Virus record (IMG/VR): IMGVR_UViG_3300020177_000966
Origin: a virus
Taxonomy: Duplodnaviria; Caudoviricetes
Direction: 5' to 3' (one strand)
DNA length: 64,000 nt
Shown: positions 31,620 to 42,083 of the stretch, piece by piece
Position numbering within the stretch: the stretch's first letter is position 1
How the letters are laid out: the number at the start of each line of letters is the position of its first letter
The notes under the pieces: generated by a model
What the model was told of the DNA's origin: nothing
The model's input: only the letters and a program-made list of their open reading frames with translations
The model's database searches: none
Position numbers and translations under genes: made by a program

Positions 31620-32966
31620 ATGGAATTAACAGATCCTAAAAAAGTTAAAGAAAAGTTAAATCAAGTAGGATGCGGATTCTGTTTGGCTAAATGGACACAG
31701 GTTACTATACACTTAGGATCAGGATTAAATCATAGTTGTCATCATGTAAAGGCACATACAATTCCAATTAACGAAGTTGAAGAAAATCCGCAATTACTAC
31801 ATAATACAATGTTTAAAAAGAATACACGCCAACAGATGAAAAGCGGTGAAAGACCTAGTGAATGTGATTACTGTTGGCGCATTGAAGATAACACGGATCA
31901 TTATAGTGATAGAATATGGAAAAGTAGAAATTATTGGAGTTGGCCAGATTATCACAAAATTGTAAATTCTAACGCATATGATGATTTTTATCCTAGATAT
32001 GTTGAAGTAAGTTTTTCTAATGTATGCAATTTTAAGTGTAGTTATTGTGGACCAGCATTTAGTAGTAAATGGACTGAAGAAATTAAAGAACACGGTCATT
32101 ATAAGTTTAGTACGATCAATTGGTTTTACAATCAACTAGATGAATATCAAAAGCAAATTCCTGAAAGAGAAGATAACCCGTATATTAACGCATTTTGGAA
32201 ATGGTTTCCTGAAGCAGTTAAACATATGCACACTTTTCGTATTACAGGAGGTGAACCTCTTTTAAGTAAACATACTGATAAAGTATTGCAACATTTAATA
32301 GATAATCCTCAACCTCAGTTAGAATTTTCTATTAATACAAATGCATGTCCCCCAGGAAAGCTATGGAATAAGTTTATTAAAAAAATACAGCATCTTGAAA
32401 ATAATAATTGTATTAAAGGATTTACCTTACATGTAAGTGCTGAAAGTAAAGGAGCGCAAGCAGAGTATAGTAGAACAGGAATGAATTGGCAACAATTCTA
32501 TGATAATGTATTATTGTATCTAAAAAATACTAACGGAAAACTAAGTTTTATGTCAGCATTTAATATTTTAAGTTTTCCTACATTTAGACCGTTTCTTGGA
32601 ATTGTGTTAAGACTACGTAATAGTTTTAAAAACAGAGTGAGAATTGCAATTCCATATGTAAGAAATCCTGGATTTCTTGATGCAATGATTGCAACTGAAG
32701 ACATGATTGAAACATATTTAATTCCTTGTATAAAGTTTATGGAAGAAAATTTTGACGAGCATGAAACAAATGATTTAAAAAGAATTGTGCAAGATTTAGA
32801 TAAACGATTTAAAAATCCAGAAGAGTTTGGCAGTCTTGCTAAAGAACGTAGATTTATGTTTTATGAATTTATTACTCAGTTTGACAAACGCCGAGGCACC
32901 GATTTCTTAACTGTATTTCCTGAATTAAAGAATTTTTACAAGGAGTGCAAACAATGTACGACATAG
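31620..32966 (+). CDS. Radical SAM protein with an N-terminal twitch-like Cys domain
   Basis: N-terminal FCLAKW...SCHH...ECDYCW, then the core CNFKCSYC, ITGGEPL and INTN. Confidence 0.85.
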   Translation: MELTDPKKVKEKLNQVGCGFCLAKWTQVTIHLGSGLNHSCHHVKAHTIPINEVEENPQLLHNTMFKKNTRQQMKSGERPSECDYCWRIEDNTDHYSDRIWKSRNYWSWPDYHKIVNSNAYDDFYPRYVEVSFSNVCNFKCSYCGPAFSSKWTEEIKEHGHYKFSTINWFYNQLDEYQKQIPEREDNPYINAFWKWFPEAVKHMHTFRITGGEPLLSKHTDKVLQHLIDNPQPQLEFSINTNACPPGKLWNKFIKKIQHLENNNCIKGFTLHVSAESKGAQAEYSRTGMNWQQFYDNVLLYLKNTNGKLSFMSAFNILSFPTFRPFLGIVLRLRNSFKNRVRIAIPYVRNPGFLDAMIATEDMIETYLIPCIKFMEENFDEHETNDLKRIVQDLDKRFKNPEEFGSLAKERRFMFYEFITQFDKRRGTDFLTVFPELKNFYKECKQCTT

Positions 32967-33643
32967 TGTTTATAAGTTATCATGAACCAAATGCAGAACA
33001 AAATTTTGACGATTTATATAGTAGATTTAATACAGTTGGAATCTTTGGTGATGACAGAGTAAAGCGAGTTAGTAATGTAAAAGGGATCCACAATGCTCAT
33101 ATTGAAGCGGCTAAGTTATCAACTACTAATTACTTTTTTGTTGTAGACGGCGACGCAGTAATTGTTGATGAATTTGATTTTAATTACTATACAACCGAAT
33201 CTGATACAGTGCATGTTTATAGAAGCATGAATCCTATTAATAATTTAATTTATGGGTATGGCGGCGTAAAGTTATTTCCAACTGAATTAACTAAGCAAAT
33301 GGATACAAGTACAACAGATATGACAACTAGTATTAGTGATAAATTTAAAGTAATTAATGAGATATCTAATATTACAGCATTTAATACAGATCCGTTTAAC
33401 ACATGGAAAAGTGCTTTTAGAGAATGTGCTAAATTAGCAAGTAAAACAATTGATAGACAACATGAGGATGAAACAAATGAAAGACTCAAAACTTGGACAA
33501 CCTTGGGACACGATAGAGAGTTTGGTGAGTATGCGTTGGGAGGTGCTAGGGCTGGTATGCAGTTTGGCCTTTCTAACAGCAATGATATTAAATTAATAAA
33601 CGACTTTGATTGGTTAAAGGAGCAATTTGATGCAAACTCATGA
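32954..33643 (+). CDS. Glycosyltransferase-like protein (paralog of 30698)
   Basis: IVFISYHEPNAE..., VKGIHNAHIEAA...FFVVDGDA and TWKSAFREC. AGGAG RBS 8 nt before the ATG at 32954. Confidence 0.55.
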   Translation: MYDIVFISYHEPNAEQNFDDLYSRFNTVGIFGDDRVKRVSNVKGIHNAHIEAAKLSTTNYFFVVDGDAVIVDEFDFNYYTTESDTVHVYRSMNPINNLIYGYGGVKLFPTELTKQMDTSTTDMTTSISDKFKVINEISNITAFNTDPFNTWKSAFRECAKLASKTIDRQHEDETNERLKTWTTLGHDREFGEYALGGARAGMQFGLSNSNDIKLINDFDWLKEQFDANS

Positions 33644-34463
33644 AATTTTAGATAGATTAGAACTATTATATCCCACTAGTAGCAAACTATCAGATCTACG
33701 TAGAGCATATATTGACAAAGATCTTAATAGTATTTTTAGAATTGTTACAGATGACAATAAAGATGATTTACGTAAAGCATTGTTACAGGATAACGTATGG
33801 AGTTTATTTCGTGCAATTAAACAGATGAAAGATACACCTTTTATTGAAGGGATCCGTAAATTACAAAAAAACGAAAACTTTGATCCAGACTGTATTAGTC
33901 GAGGTCAGATAAAAAGTAAACAGTGGCTAGTATCAGAACTAAAAAAATTAAATCTTGATCTAGGTGTTGTATTTTTATGTGCTGGTTGGTATGCTACACT
34001 TGCTACTATGATGTTTGAAAACAATTTAAAAATTGAAAAATTTAGAAGTTTTGACATCGATGATACTTGCAGAGAAGTAGCAGAAGCATTTAATAAAAAC
34101 TGGGTGCTAGACGGCTGGAAATTTAAATCATGTACTAAAGATATTAAAGAGATAAATTACGAAAATGCAATATACACAGTATTACGTGCTAATGGAACAA
34201 CCGTTGATTTAGGAGATATTCCTAATACTATTATTAATACAAGTTGTGAACACATTAAAAATTTTAGTGAGTGGTATGATTTAATTCCAGCAGGAAGATT
34301 AGTTGTATTACAAAGTAACGATTTCTATGAAGTTGAAGAACACGTTAACTGTACTACTAGCATGCACGATTTTGCTAGAATGGCTCCTATGACAACATTA
34401 TTGTATGAAGGAGAATTAGATCTTGAAAAATATACGAGGTATATGCGCATTGGATACAAGTAA
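33630..34463 (+). CDS. Class I SAM-dependent methyltransferase-like protein
   Basis: GQIKSKQWL, VFLCAGWY (motif-I-like), RSFDID and INTSCEH. Confidence 0.6.
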   Translation: MQTHEILDRLELLYPTSSKLSDLRRAYIDKDLNSIFRIVTDDNKDDLRKALLQDNVWSLFRAIKQMKDTPFIEGIRKLQKNENFDPDCISRGQIKSKQWLVSELKKLNLDLGVVFLCAGWYATLATMMFENNLKIEKFRSFDIDDTCREVAEAFNKNWVLDGWKFKSCTKDIKEINYENAIYTVLRANGTTVDLGDIPNTIINTSCEHIKNFSEWYDLIPAGRLVVLQSNDFYEVEEHVNCTTSMHDFARMAPMTTLLYEGELDLEKYTRYMRIGYK

Positions 34464-34674
34464 TTTATCACTTAGACAACTGCAAACTGAAAGTGCTAGA
34501 GCATTAAGTACAATGCAAGCAACTAACAACAATATTTGGCAGTTTAATAAACAAGCACACCACGATAGTCAAAACTGGTATCGTGCAGTTATTAAGTGGT
34601 ATGTAGATCAATACGGTGACTTGCCTAGTAAAGTTGGACCGGGTAAAGATATAAAGTTGGTAATAGATGTATAA
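34450..34674 (+). CDS. Small hypothetical protein (~74 aa)
   Basis: Fills the gap between the methyltransferase and a radical SAM gene, overlapping both. The probable TTG start at 34450 is uncertain. Confidence 0.5.
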   Translation: MDTSNLSLRQLQTESARALSTMQATNNNIWQFNKQAHHDSQNWYRAVIKWYVDQYGDLPSKVGPGKDIKLVIDV

Positions 34675-35734
34675 TTATAGCGACATACGATCAATTCATT
34701 TAGAAGTTACACAAAACTGTCAAGCCAGTTGTCCTATGTGTGACCGTAATATGAATGGCGAAGGAATTAATCCTCATATTAATCTAGATGAACTTACATT
34801 AGAAGATTGTAAAAAAATATTCTCCCCAGAGTTTATTGCACAGCTTAATACTATGTATATGTGTGGTAACTTAGGTGATCCTATTGTTGCTCGTGACACA
34901 TTAGAAATATTCAAATACTTTCGTGAACATAACCCAACGATGTGGTTAAGCATGAATACAAATGCAGGAGCAAAAAATGTTGAATGGTGGAATGAATTGG
35001 CCTATGTCTTTGGAAGAATGGGGGCTGTTATTTTTAGTGTCGATGGTCTTCGCGATACGAATCATATTTACAGACAAGGGGTAAATTGGGACAACGTAGA
35101 ACGCAACATGCGAGCGTTTATCGATGCTGGCGGTAGAGCACGTTGGGACTTTCTTATATTTGAACACAATCAGCATCAAGTCGAAGAAGCTGAACAGTTA
35201 GCTAATGCATGGGGATGTGAGAAGTTTATAAAAAAGAAAACAGGAAGATTTGTAGATGCAAAGACAAACAAAAAAGAAAAGCATCAGGCCAAAGACCGTA
35301 AAGGCAAAGATACAGCAGAGCTCAAAAAGCCGGACGCACAATACCAAAACAAAGCTCTTACAAAACAAGAAGCCATTATCAAGAAATATGGCAGTATGGA
35401 TGCTTATTTTAACGCGGCTCCTATCGTATGTAAAGTTAAAAAAGAAGGTAGCCTCTTTATTACAGCAGAAGGACTAGCATTGCCTTGTTGCTGGACTGCT
35501 GGTCGTATGTATAAATGGTGGCACAAAGATCCTAAAGTAGAACAGATATGGGATTTTATTCCTGATAAAAATGCACTAGACGCACGTAATGGTCTTGATA
35601 AAGTTTTTGCTACAGGTATATTTAATGAAATACAAGATAGTTGGAATAAACCTAGTTGTGATGCCGGCAAACTAAAAGTATGTGCTACAAAGTGCGGCGC
35701 CGAGTTTGATCCTTTCACTGAACAGTTTAAATAA
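34667..35734 (+). CDS. Radical SAM protein with a C-terminal SPASM/twitch-like domain (subfamily A)
   Basis: CQASCPMC; CGNLGDP; C-terminal CKVK..LFITAEG..LPCCW...CATKC. Confidence 0.9.
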   Translation: MYNYSDIRSIHLEVTQNCQASCPMCDRNMNGEGINPHINLDELTLEDCKKIFSPEFIAQLNTMYMCGNLGDPIVARDTLEIFKYFREHNPTMWLSMNTNAGAKNVEWWNELAYVFGRMGAVIFSVDGLRDTNHIYRQGVNWDNVERNMRAFIDAGGRARWDFLIFEHNQHQVEEAEQLANAWGCEKFIKKKTGRFVDAKTNKKEKHQAKDRKGKDTAELKKPDAQYQNKALTKQEAIIKKYGSMDAYFNAAPIVCKVKKEGSLFITAEGLALPCCWTAGRMYKWWHKDPKVEQIWDFIPDKNALDARNGLDKVFATGIFNEIQDSWNKPSCDAGKLKVCATKCGAEFDPFTEQFK

Positions 35735-35745
35735 GTACATATATA

Positions 35746-36813
35746 ATGATAAACATAAATGACATACACAAAATCGAACTGGAAATTACAAGTGATTGTA
35801 ATGCCGCATGCCCAGGTTGTGCAAGAACACTTAACCGAGACATCTTAGAAGTAACAAGTTTTTCACTTGATGACTTAAAAAGAATATTACCAGACGAGGC
35901 ACATTTAAAAGATAAAGATATTAGGCTATGCGGCGTACTAGGAGATCCTGCAATTCACCCACAGTTTGTTGAAATTGTAGAATACTTATTAGAAGGCGGC
36001 GCATATGTTACAATTAGTACTAATGGCGGCGTTGCACCTAAAGCAAGTTGGTATAGACTAGGTGAACTAAGCAAACAATACGGAAGAGACTTAATTATGA
36101 TGTTCTGTATTGACGGACATCGAGAAACTAATCACATTTATCGTGTAAACACAAAGTTTGATATAGTAAAACGTAATATCGAAGCGTTCGCAGAAAATTC
36201 TTATAAAGGTGATGATACAAGATCTAAGTGGGTTTTTATTGTATTTGATCATAACGAACACGAAATTGAAGTTGCTAAAGCACATGCTAAAAGTTTGGGA
36301 CTAAAATTTGTAATTAGAACAGGCATGCGTAATAGCTTAAATCAATGGACTGCCCAAATTGCAAAAAAAGAAGGCCGCGGAAACGTTACTAAAGAAGTAA
36401 AAACTATTACTACTACTGGTAGCAAAGAACATGCACGTAAAGACGAAGTATTAGAGTTGATGAATAAAATTCAAACTAATCAAGTAGATGAAGAAGTTGT
36501 AAAATCTATTGTTTGTAAGTATGTTCATGAAGGCGAAATTTTTATTAATGCAAACCAAGAGATGTGGCCTTGTTGTTTTTTGTGGGATAGTGCGTTTAAG
36601 AACAAAGAAAACATTTTAGAAAAATTATCTGAATATTCTACAGGATGGAATAGTTTAAAAAAACATAGCATTGAAGAAGTTATGAAACATCCTTGGTATA
36701 CTAAGGTTTTAGAAGAAAGCTGGAATCCGTCACACAATAAACATATGAAACGGTGTGTTGCTAGTTGTGGCTTTAATAAAGCCTATCAAAATGTTATGGT
36801 GGAACAAGAATGA
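35746..36813 (+). CDS. Radical SAM protein with a C-terminal SPASM/twitch-like domain (subfamily A)
   Basis: CNAACPGC; CGVLGDP; C-terminal CKYV..IFINAN..WPCCF...CVASC. Confidence 0.9.
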   Translation: MININDIHKIELEITSDCNAACPGCARTLNRDILEVTSFSLDDLKRILPDEAHLKDKDIRLCGVLGDPAIHPQFVEIVEYLLEGGAYVTISTNGGVAPKASWYRLGELSKQYGRDLIMMFCIDGHRETNHIYRVNTKFDIVKRNIEAFAENSYKGDDTRSKWVFIVFDHNEHEIEVAKAHAKSLGLKFVIRTGMRNSLNQWTAQIAKKEGRGNVTKEVKTITTTGSKEHARKDEVLELMNKIQTNQVDEEVVKSIVCKYVHEGEIFINANQEMWPCCFLWDSAFKNKENILEKLSEYSTGWNSLKKHSIEEVMKHPWYTKVLEESWNPSHNKHMKRCVASCGFNKAYQNVMVEQE

Positions 36814-37811
36814 GTTGGCAAGTACCAGTAGAAAGACAAACTAAACTGCAAATTGAAATGTCAAATTATTGCAACGCGGCATGTCCTGCCTGTGCTCGTG
36901 CATTTATTAATGATAAACTTATTGATATGGATTATCACTTTGATGTGAATAGTATGTATGTAAGTTTAGAACAATTTAAAAGTTGGGTATCTAAAGATAA
37001 ATGGACTGATTTGCGCCTAATCCATATGTGTGGTAACTACGACGAAGCAACTACTAATCCTGATTTAATTGAAATTGTTAAATGGATTTTATCTAATGAT
37101 GAATTGTTTACTAGCAAACCTAAGATTTCTATTGCTACTAACGGCGGAACACGTAATGATGAGTTTTGGACAACGTTGGGAGAAATTTCAAAAGAGTCAA
37201 ATGGTCGTGTTAGAGTAAATTGGGGATTAGATGGATTAGAAGATACTAACCATATTTATAGAGTAAATGTTGATTGGCAAAAAGTACAAAGAAATTTTAG
37301 AAATTATATTGCTGCCGGCGGCGACGCTGTATGGCAATTCATATATTTTTCGCATAACGAACATCAAGCTCATCTTATAGAAGATATTGCAGCCAAAGAA
37401 GGATTTAGTAGAGTAAAATTTATCGGAAGCCCAAGAGCAGACTTAGGTAAAAACTCTCAGCATAAAAGTGACCCTAAAGTTGAGAAAAAACAAGAAGTTC
37501 CAACAGTTATTCCAAGATGTATTAGTTCTAAAATAGAAGATCAAGGACTATATGTTACACATCATGGATATGTTGTTCCGTGTTGCTGGTGGGGAACTAA
37601 GAGTGGATTTAGAGGTCTATGGCAACATTACAGTAAAGATCACGGAACTGAACATCATAGACTAAATGGACATAATAGTATACAGGATATTTTTGATAGT
37701 GAATGGTATACTAATTTATATACAGGAATTAAAAACGGTATTTTTCCAAAGTGTATAGAAAACTGTAAACAAAACAAAGTTGCAACGCAACGATTTGAGG
37801 CATTAAAATGA
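36810..37811 (+). CDS. Radical SAM protein with a C-terminal SPASM/twitch-like domain (subfamily A)
   Basis: CNAACPAC; CGNYDE; C-terminal PRC...YVTHHG..VPCCWW...CIENC. Confidence 0.9.
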   Translation: MSWQVPVERQTKLQIEMSNYCNAACPACARAFINDKLIDMDYHFDVNSMYVSLEQFKSWVSKDKWTDLRLIHMCGNYDEATTNPDLIEIVKWILSNDELFTSKPKISIATNGGTRNDEFWTTLGEISKESNGRVRVNWGLDGLEDTNHIYRVNVDWQKVQRNFRNYIAAGGDAVWQFIYFSHNEHQAHLIEDIAAKEGFSRVKFIGSPRADLGKNSQHKSDPKVEKKQEVPTVIPRCISSKIEDQGLYVTHHGYVVPCCWWGTKSGFRGLWQHYSKDHGTEHHRLNGHNSIQDIFDSEWYTNLYTGIKNGIFPKCIENCKQNKVATQRFEALK

Positions 37812-39220
37812 CAGAAAAACCTAAGTATCCATCAGAAACATTTTGTTTATTACCATGGGTGCATCTAAGCACAAGACCCGACGGCAGTATGCGTGTATGT
37901 TGTACAGCAAATGCAAGTAGCGTTGGTCCAACGAATGATAAAGAATATGGCGGACAAGTAGGTATACTTAAAGATGAAGAAGGTCGTCCTAATAATTTAA
38001 ATGTTACTGACCTTAATACAGCATGGAATAGTACGTATATGAAGAATGTACGTAAACAAATGCTTGCAGGTGAAAAGCCTCCTAGCTGTATGAAATGTTT
38101 CCGAGAAGAAGAAAATGGACATAGAAGTAAGCGTCAATGGGAAACAGCATATTGGAGTCAGCGTGTTGATCTAGATCAAATTTTACAAGAAACACAACCG
38201 GATGGTAGTGTTCCTCCGCAATTGGCATACATTGATTTGCGTTTTGGAACCAAGTGTCAGTTAGCATGTGTTATGTGTAGTCCGCATGATAGTTCGGGTT
38301 GGATTAAAGATTACAAAGCAATTTTTCCAGAAGTTAAAAATGAATCACTTAAAGAGATTATGCAATGGGATAACAAAGGTAGTACCAATGGTAGTAGTTA
38401 TAACTGGCATAAGCAAAATCCTGTATTTTGGGAACAGTTCTATGAACAGATGAAACACATGAAGCAAATTTATTTTGCCGGCGGCGAAAGTCTTATTATC
38501 GAAGAACACTACGAAATACTTGAGGAAGCAATACGCCAAGGACTTGCACCAGAATTAGAACTACGTTATAATTCAAATGGTGTTGAATGGCGTGACGATT
38601 TATTTGAATTATGGAGTCATTTTAAACTTGTTAGATTCCATTACAGCGTAGACAGCATTGAGCAAATGAATGAATACATTCGTTATCCTAGTAAATGGGA
38701 TAGAACAAAAGAAGTGTTTCATATTTTAGATAAAGAAACTACAGATAATGTTGAAGTTACAATTGCTTGTGCAGTACAAGCATTAAACATTTATTATCTT
38801 CCTGATTTTATCAAATGGAAATTACAAGAAGGATTTAAAAAGATTAACATGTATCCATTTGGAGCGGGTACAGTAAACTTTCATTTTGTATATTGGCCGG
38901 CACATCTTAACGTTAGATCTTTGCCTAAATGGTTTAAAGAACAGTGCCGTAAAAAATATGAAGAATTTTATCCGTGGTTAGAAGCTAATTGGGAATTATG
39001 TATTCCTAGTTGGCATAAAGGTAAAGTTACATATGACCAGTGGCGAGAAGCAGAATATGGTATTAAACGTCTTGACGGTATGTTACAATTTATGGAAAGC
39101 GAAGACTGGAGTCAACGTCTACCTGAAATGAAAGAATTCTTAGGACTGTGTGATAAACAGCGTGGAATTTCATTCGATGAAACTTTTCCAGAAATGAAGG
39201 ACATATTTAAAGATGTCTAA
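37808..39220 (+). CDS. Radical SAM protein with an N-terminal twitch-like domain
   Basis: FCLLPW......DG..RVCC...PSCMKC, then CQLACVMC and YFAGGES. Confidence 0.9.
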   Translation: MTEKPKYPSETFCLLPWVHLSTRPDGSMRVCCTANASSVGPTNDKEYGGQVGILKDEEGRPNNLNVTDLNTAWNSTYMKNVRKQMLAGEKPPSCMKCFREEENGHRSKRQWETAYWSQRVDLDQILQETQPDGSVPPQLAYIDLRFGTKCQLACVMCSPHDSSGWIKDYKAIFPEVKNESLKEIMQWDNKGSTNGSSYNWHKQNPVFWEQFYEQMKHMKQIYFAGGESLIIEEHYEILEEAIRQGLAPELELRYNSNGVEWRDDLFELWSHFKLVRFHYSVDSIEQMNEYIRYPSKWDRTKEVFHILDKETTDNVEVTIACAVQALNIYYLPDFIKWKLQEGFKKINMYPFGAGTVNFHFVYWPAHLNVRSLPKWFKEQCRKKYEEFYPWLEANWELCIPSWHKGKVTYDQWREAEYGIKRLDGMLQFMESEDWSQRLPEMKEFLGLCDKQRGISFDETFPEMKDIFKDV

Positions 39221-39851
39221 ACGTATACACATTTTTGGTTGCAGTTTTGTTGAAGGACAAATTAGAGAAACTGAATGTTTGACTGGCAGATCTAATTTTC
39301 CTGAATATCTGTCGTTACTTGCACCTAATTTAAAAATTTATAATTGGGGTGTATCTGGTACAAGTATAAATTATCATCTATATCTTTCATCAAAAGTTAA
39401 ACAATTTTACAATACTTTAGATGATGTGTATATTTTAAAGTGTACTACTCCGGGCAGATTAACATCGTGGAAAGTACTAGAAGATCATTATTTTGAATCT
39501 CCTAAAGAAATAACATCAAATTATCATTACCAACACGTGCCTAGAAAAAAGTTTAAGGTACATAATCTTCGCCAAGAAACTCCTGACCAATTAGCAAATT
39601 ATTATTTTCTTAACTTAGAATGGAAGCAATTAGACTTTGAATATACTGTTAGCTTAGGTTATGCAGAAAATAATTTTGATTTTGTATACTCACATCATGA
39701 AGGAACCAAGGTTCCTTGCATTAGAAAAATTTTAGGAAAAGAAAAATATCAAAAATATATCAAAGACGATGGAAGACATTTTGGAGATGATGGTAATAAA
39801 TGGGAAGCACAATGGCTTTTTAAAAAATTAACTGAGAAAGAATTAGTATGA
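39213..39851 (+). CDS. SGNH/GDSL-like hydrolase or acyltransferase
   Basis: Block I HIFGCSF, block II NWGVSGTS, and a C-terminal DGRH (DxxH). Confidence 0.55.
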   Translation: MSKRIHIFGCSFVEGQIRETECLTGRSNFPEYLSLLAPNLKIYNWGVSGTSINYHLYLSSKVKQFYNTLDDVYILKCTTPGRLTSWKVLEDHYFESPKEITSNYHYQHVPRKKFKVHNLRQETPDQLANYYFLNLEWKQLDFEYTVSLGYAENNFDFVYSHHEGTKVPCIRKILGKEKYQKYIKDDGRHFGDDGNKWEAQWLFKKLTEKELV

Positions 39852-41026
39852 GTTTTGACACTATAGATTTATTATCAGGAAATATTTTCCAAATTACTTG
39901 GGATTTAGGCCGACGTTGCAATTATGATTGTAGTTATTGCCCTGCTCATAGGCATGACAATTTTAGTCCTCACGCATCATTAGACGATCTTAAATCTAAT
40001 ACTGACTTTTTGTTTGAATATATTGATACCTATATGCAGTATAGAAATAATAAATTAGCAAGTATTAGTTTTACAGGCGGCGAACCTACAGTAAATCCTA
40101 ATTTTATTCCTTTTGTAAAATATTTAAATGACGAATATTATAAAAAGTATTCTCATAAATGGGATGCCAATATAGGATTAACTACTAACGGGGCTATGAG
40201 TGAAAAAATGGCTGAAGCAGTTATCGAAAATATACAACATGTAACAGTTAGCTATCATACTGAATCGGATGATAAATTACGACAGCAAGTTAAGGATAGA
40301 ATTAAACAATTTCGTGAAGCAGAAATAAAATATCCTAAAGACTTTCGAATGAATGTTAATGTTATGTTTCATGCTCAACAATTTGACGAATGTAAAGAAT
40401 TGTGCAAATGGTTAGACACACTTGGTTGTAAATATGTTCCAAGGGTTATTGGAGAAGAACCTGACAGTAAAGCAACTTTTGCTCATGAGTACACACCAGA
40501 TCAATTAGATTACATTAAAAATTATTGGAAATATAAAAATGCTAAACTAAATGATGAAGAAGAAGTATCAAAAGTATTAAGTGCCGCAGGCGAAAAGAAA
40601 AATGAAGCAACAAAAGTTTTAGGAAGTAGTATCGGAAGACCATGTTGTGGTATGCGAGAGATGTGTCTAAGTAGTGCTGGCGGCGAAAGTCGCAAAAGTA
40701 CCTTTGTTAACATGCGAGAGTTTAAAGGTTGGCATTGTAGTGTAAATTGGTTTTTCCTACATTTAGAACAACAGACAGATCAGGTATTCCATCATCAAAC
40801 ATGTCAAGCACGATTTGATGGTACAAGAGGTCCAATAGGTAAAATAAGTGAAGGTAAAAAGATTATTGCAGATCTTAAAGAAAAGTTATCAATGAATAAA
40901 ATGCCAACAATTGTTTGTCCTAAACAAACATGTAGTTGTGGATTATGTGCACCTAAAAGTAAATTTAAAGACAGTTACAAAGACACACTACAGAATCATT
41001 TTAATGTGGAAATCTTAGATGTCTGA
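39848..41026 (+). CDS. Radical SAM protein (subfamily B)
   Basis: WDLGRRCNYDCSYC; FTGGEP; VSYHTE; C-terminal CSVN...CQ...CPKQTCSCGLC. Confidence 0.9.
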   Translation: MSFDTIDLLSGNIFQITWDLGRRCNYDCSYCPAHRHDNFSPHASLDDLKSNTDFLFEYIDTYMQYRNNKLASISFTGGEPTVNPNFIPFVKYLNDEYYKKYSHKWDANIGLTTNGAMSEKMAEAVIENIQHVTVSYHTESDDKLRQQVKDRIKQFREAEIKYPKDFRMNVNVMFHAQQFDECKELCKWLDTLGCKYVPRVIGEEPDSKATFAHEYTPDQLDYIKNYWKYKNAKLNDEEEVSKVLSAAGEKKNEATKVLGSSIGRPCCGMREMCLSSAGGESRKSTFVNMREFKGWHCSVNWFFLHLEQQTDQVFHHQTCQARFDGTRGPIGKISEGKKIIADLKEKLSMNKMPTIVCPKQTCSCGLCAPKSKFKDSYKDTLQNHFNVEILDV

Positions 41027-42083
41027 TTATAAGTGTTTAGAATCACTAAACAGCATTTATGTAGATAAACGGAGTAGCGGATATCTTATTTCGCCATGTT
41101 GCCTTTTTAAGCAAACAGAATATAATGCAGTAAAAAACATTCAAGAACTAGTTGATAATCCTATTATTAAAAATATACAACAAGGATTTAAGGATGATTG
41201 GAAACGTCCTGAATGCCAAAGTTGTATATCTAAAGAAATAATAGGCTTACAAAGTAAGAGGCAAAAAAGTTTATTAAGAGGATCTCCTGGAAAACTTTTA
41301 AGATGGGACCTTAGACCAGGATTCACATGTAATTTAAAATGTGCAATGTGTAATCCTTACAATAGCTCTAAGTGGGGAGAAGACTTAGAAATTTTTGAAA
41401 AGTATAATGGAAAAGTTTATTTAGAACAAAATGATAGAGAAGGGCTAGACTGGGACTGGATTTATGATAATTGTATCAACGTTGCTGAAGAAATCTATAT
41501 TGCAGGCGGCGAACCTTTCTATATGAAAGCAGTTCAAACATTTCTTACTAAATTATCAGAACACCCTTGGAATTGTAACAATACAGTGATTGTAGTTCAA
41601 ACTAATGCAGTGAGTAATACACCAAAGTTATTAAAGATATTAAAACGCTTTAAAAAACTAAACTTTGGAATTAGTATAGACGGATGGGGAACAGTTAATG
41701 AAATCATTAGGTATCCTACAAAGCACGAAACTTTTGTTAAGAATGTTAAAGAGCTAACTAGTATTACTAAAGATTTTTATTTTAATATAACAGTTCAAGC
41801 AATGAATCTTCCAAATGTAGATAAAACAGTCAACAAAGTATCAAATTGGGGTCGATGGGAAATACATAAACTTAATACGCCTTCTCATTTAAGTATTAAT
41901 AGTTTAAAACCATCAGTAGTTGAAAGAGTTAAAGATACAACGTCGATAGATTTATTAAAAGAATTTTTAAAAGATTATAAATTTGACAACGAAAAGAATA
42001 TTAAAATGCAAAACTATCTATTGGAACTTGATAATGCAAGAGGAACTGATAGTAAAACAACCTTACCGTGGTGCTTTGAATAA
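41019..42083 (+). CDS. Radical SAM protein with an N-terminal twitch-like domain
   Basis: N-terminal KCLE...ISPCC...PECQSC, then CNLKCAMC and IAGGEPF. Confidence 0.88.
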   Translation: MSDYKCLESLNSIYVDKRSSGYLISPCCLFKQTEYNAVKNIQELVDNPIIKNIQQGFKDDWKRPECQSCISKEIIGLQSKRQKSLLRGSPGKLLRWDLRPGFTCNLKCAMCNPYNSSKWGEDLEIFEKYNGKVYLEQNDREGLDWDWIYDNCINVAEEIYIAGGEPFYMKAVQTFLTKLSEHPWNCNNTVIVVQTNAVSNTPKLLKILKRFKKLNFGISIDGWGTVNEIIRYPTKHETFVKNVKELTSITKDFYFNITVQAMNLPNVDKTVNKVSNWGRWEIHKLNTPSHLSINSLKPSVVERVKDTTSIDLLKEFLKDYKFDNEKNIKMQNYLLELDNARGTDSKTTLPWCFE

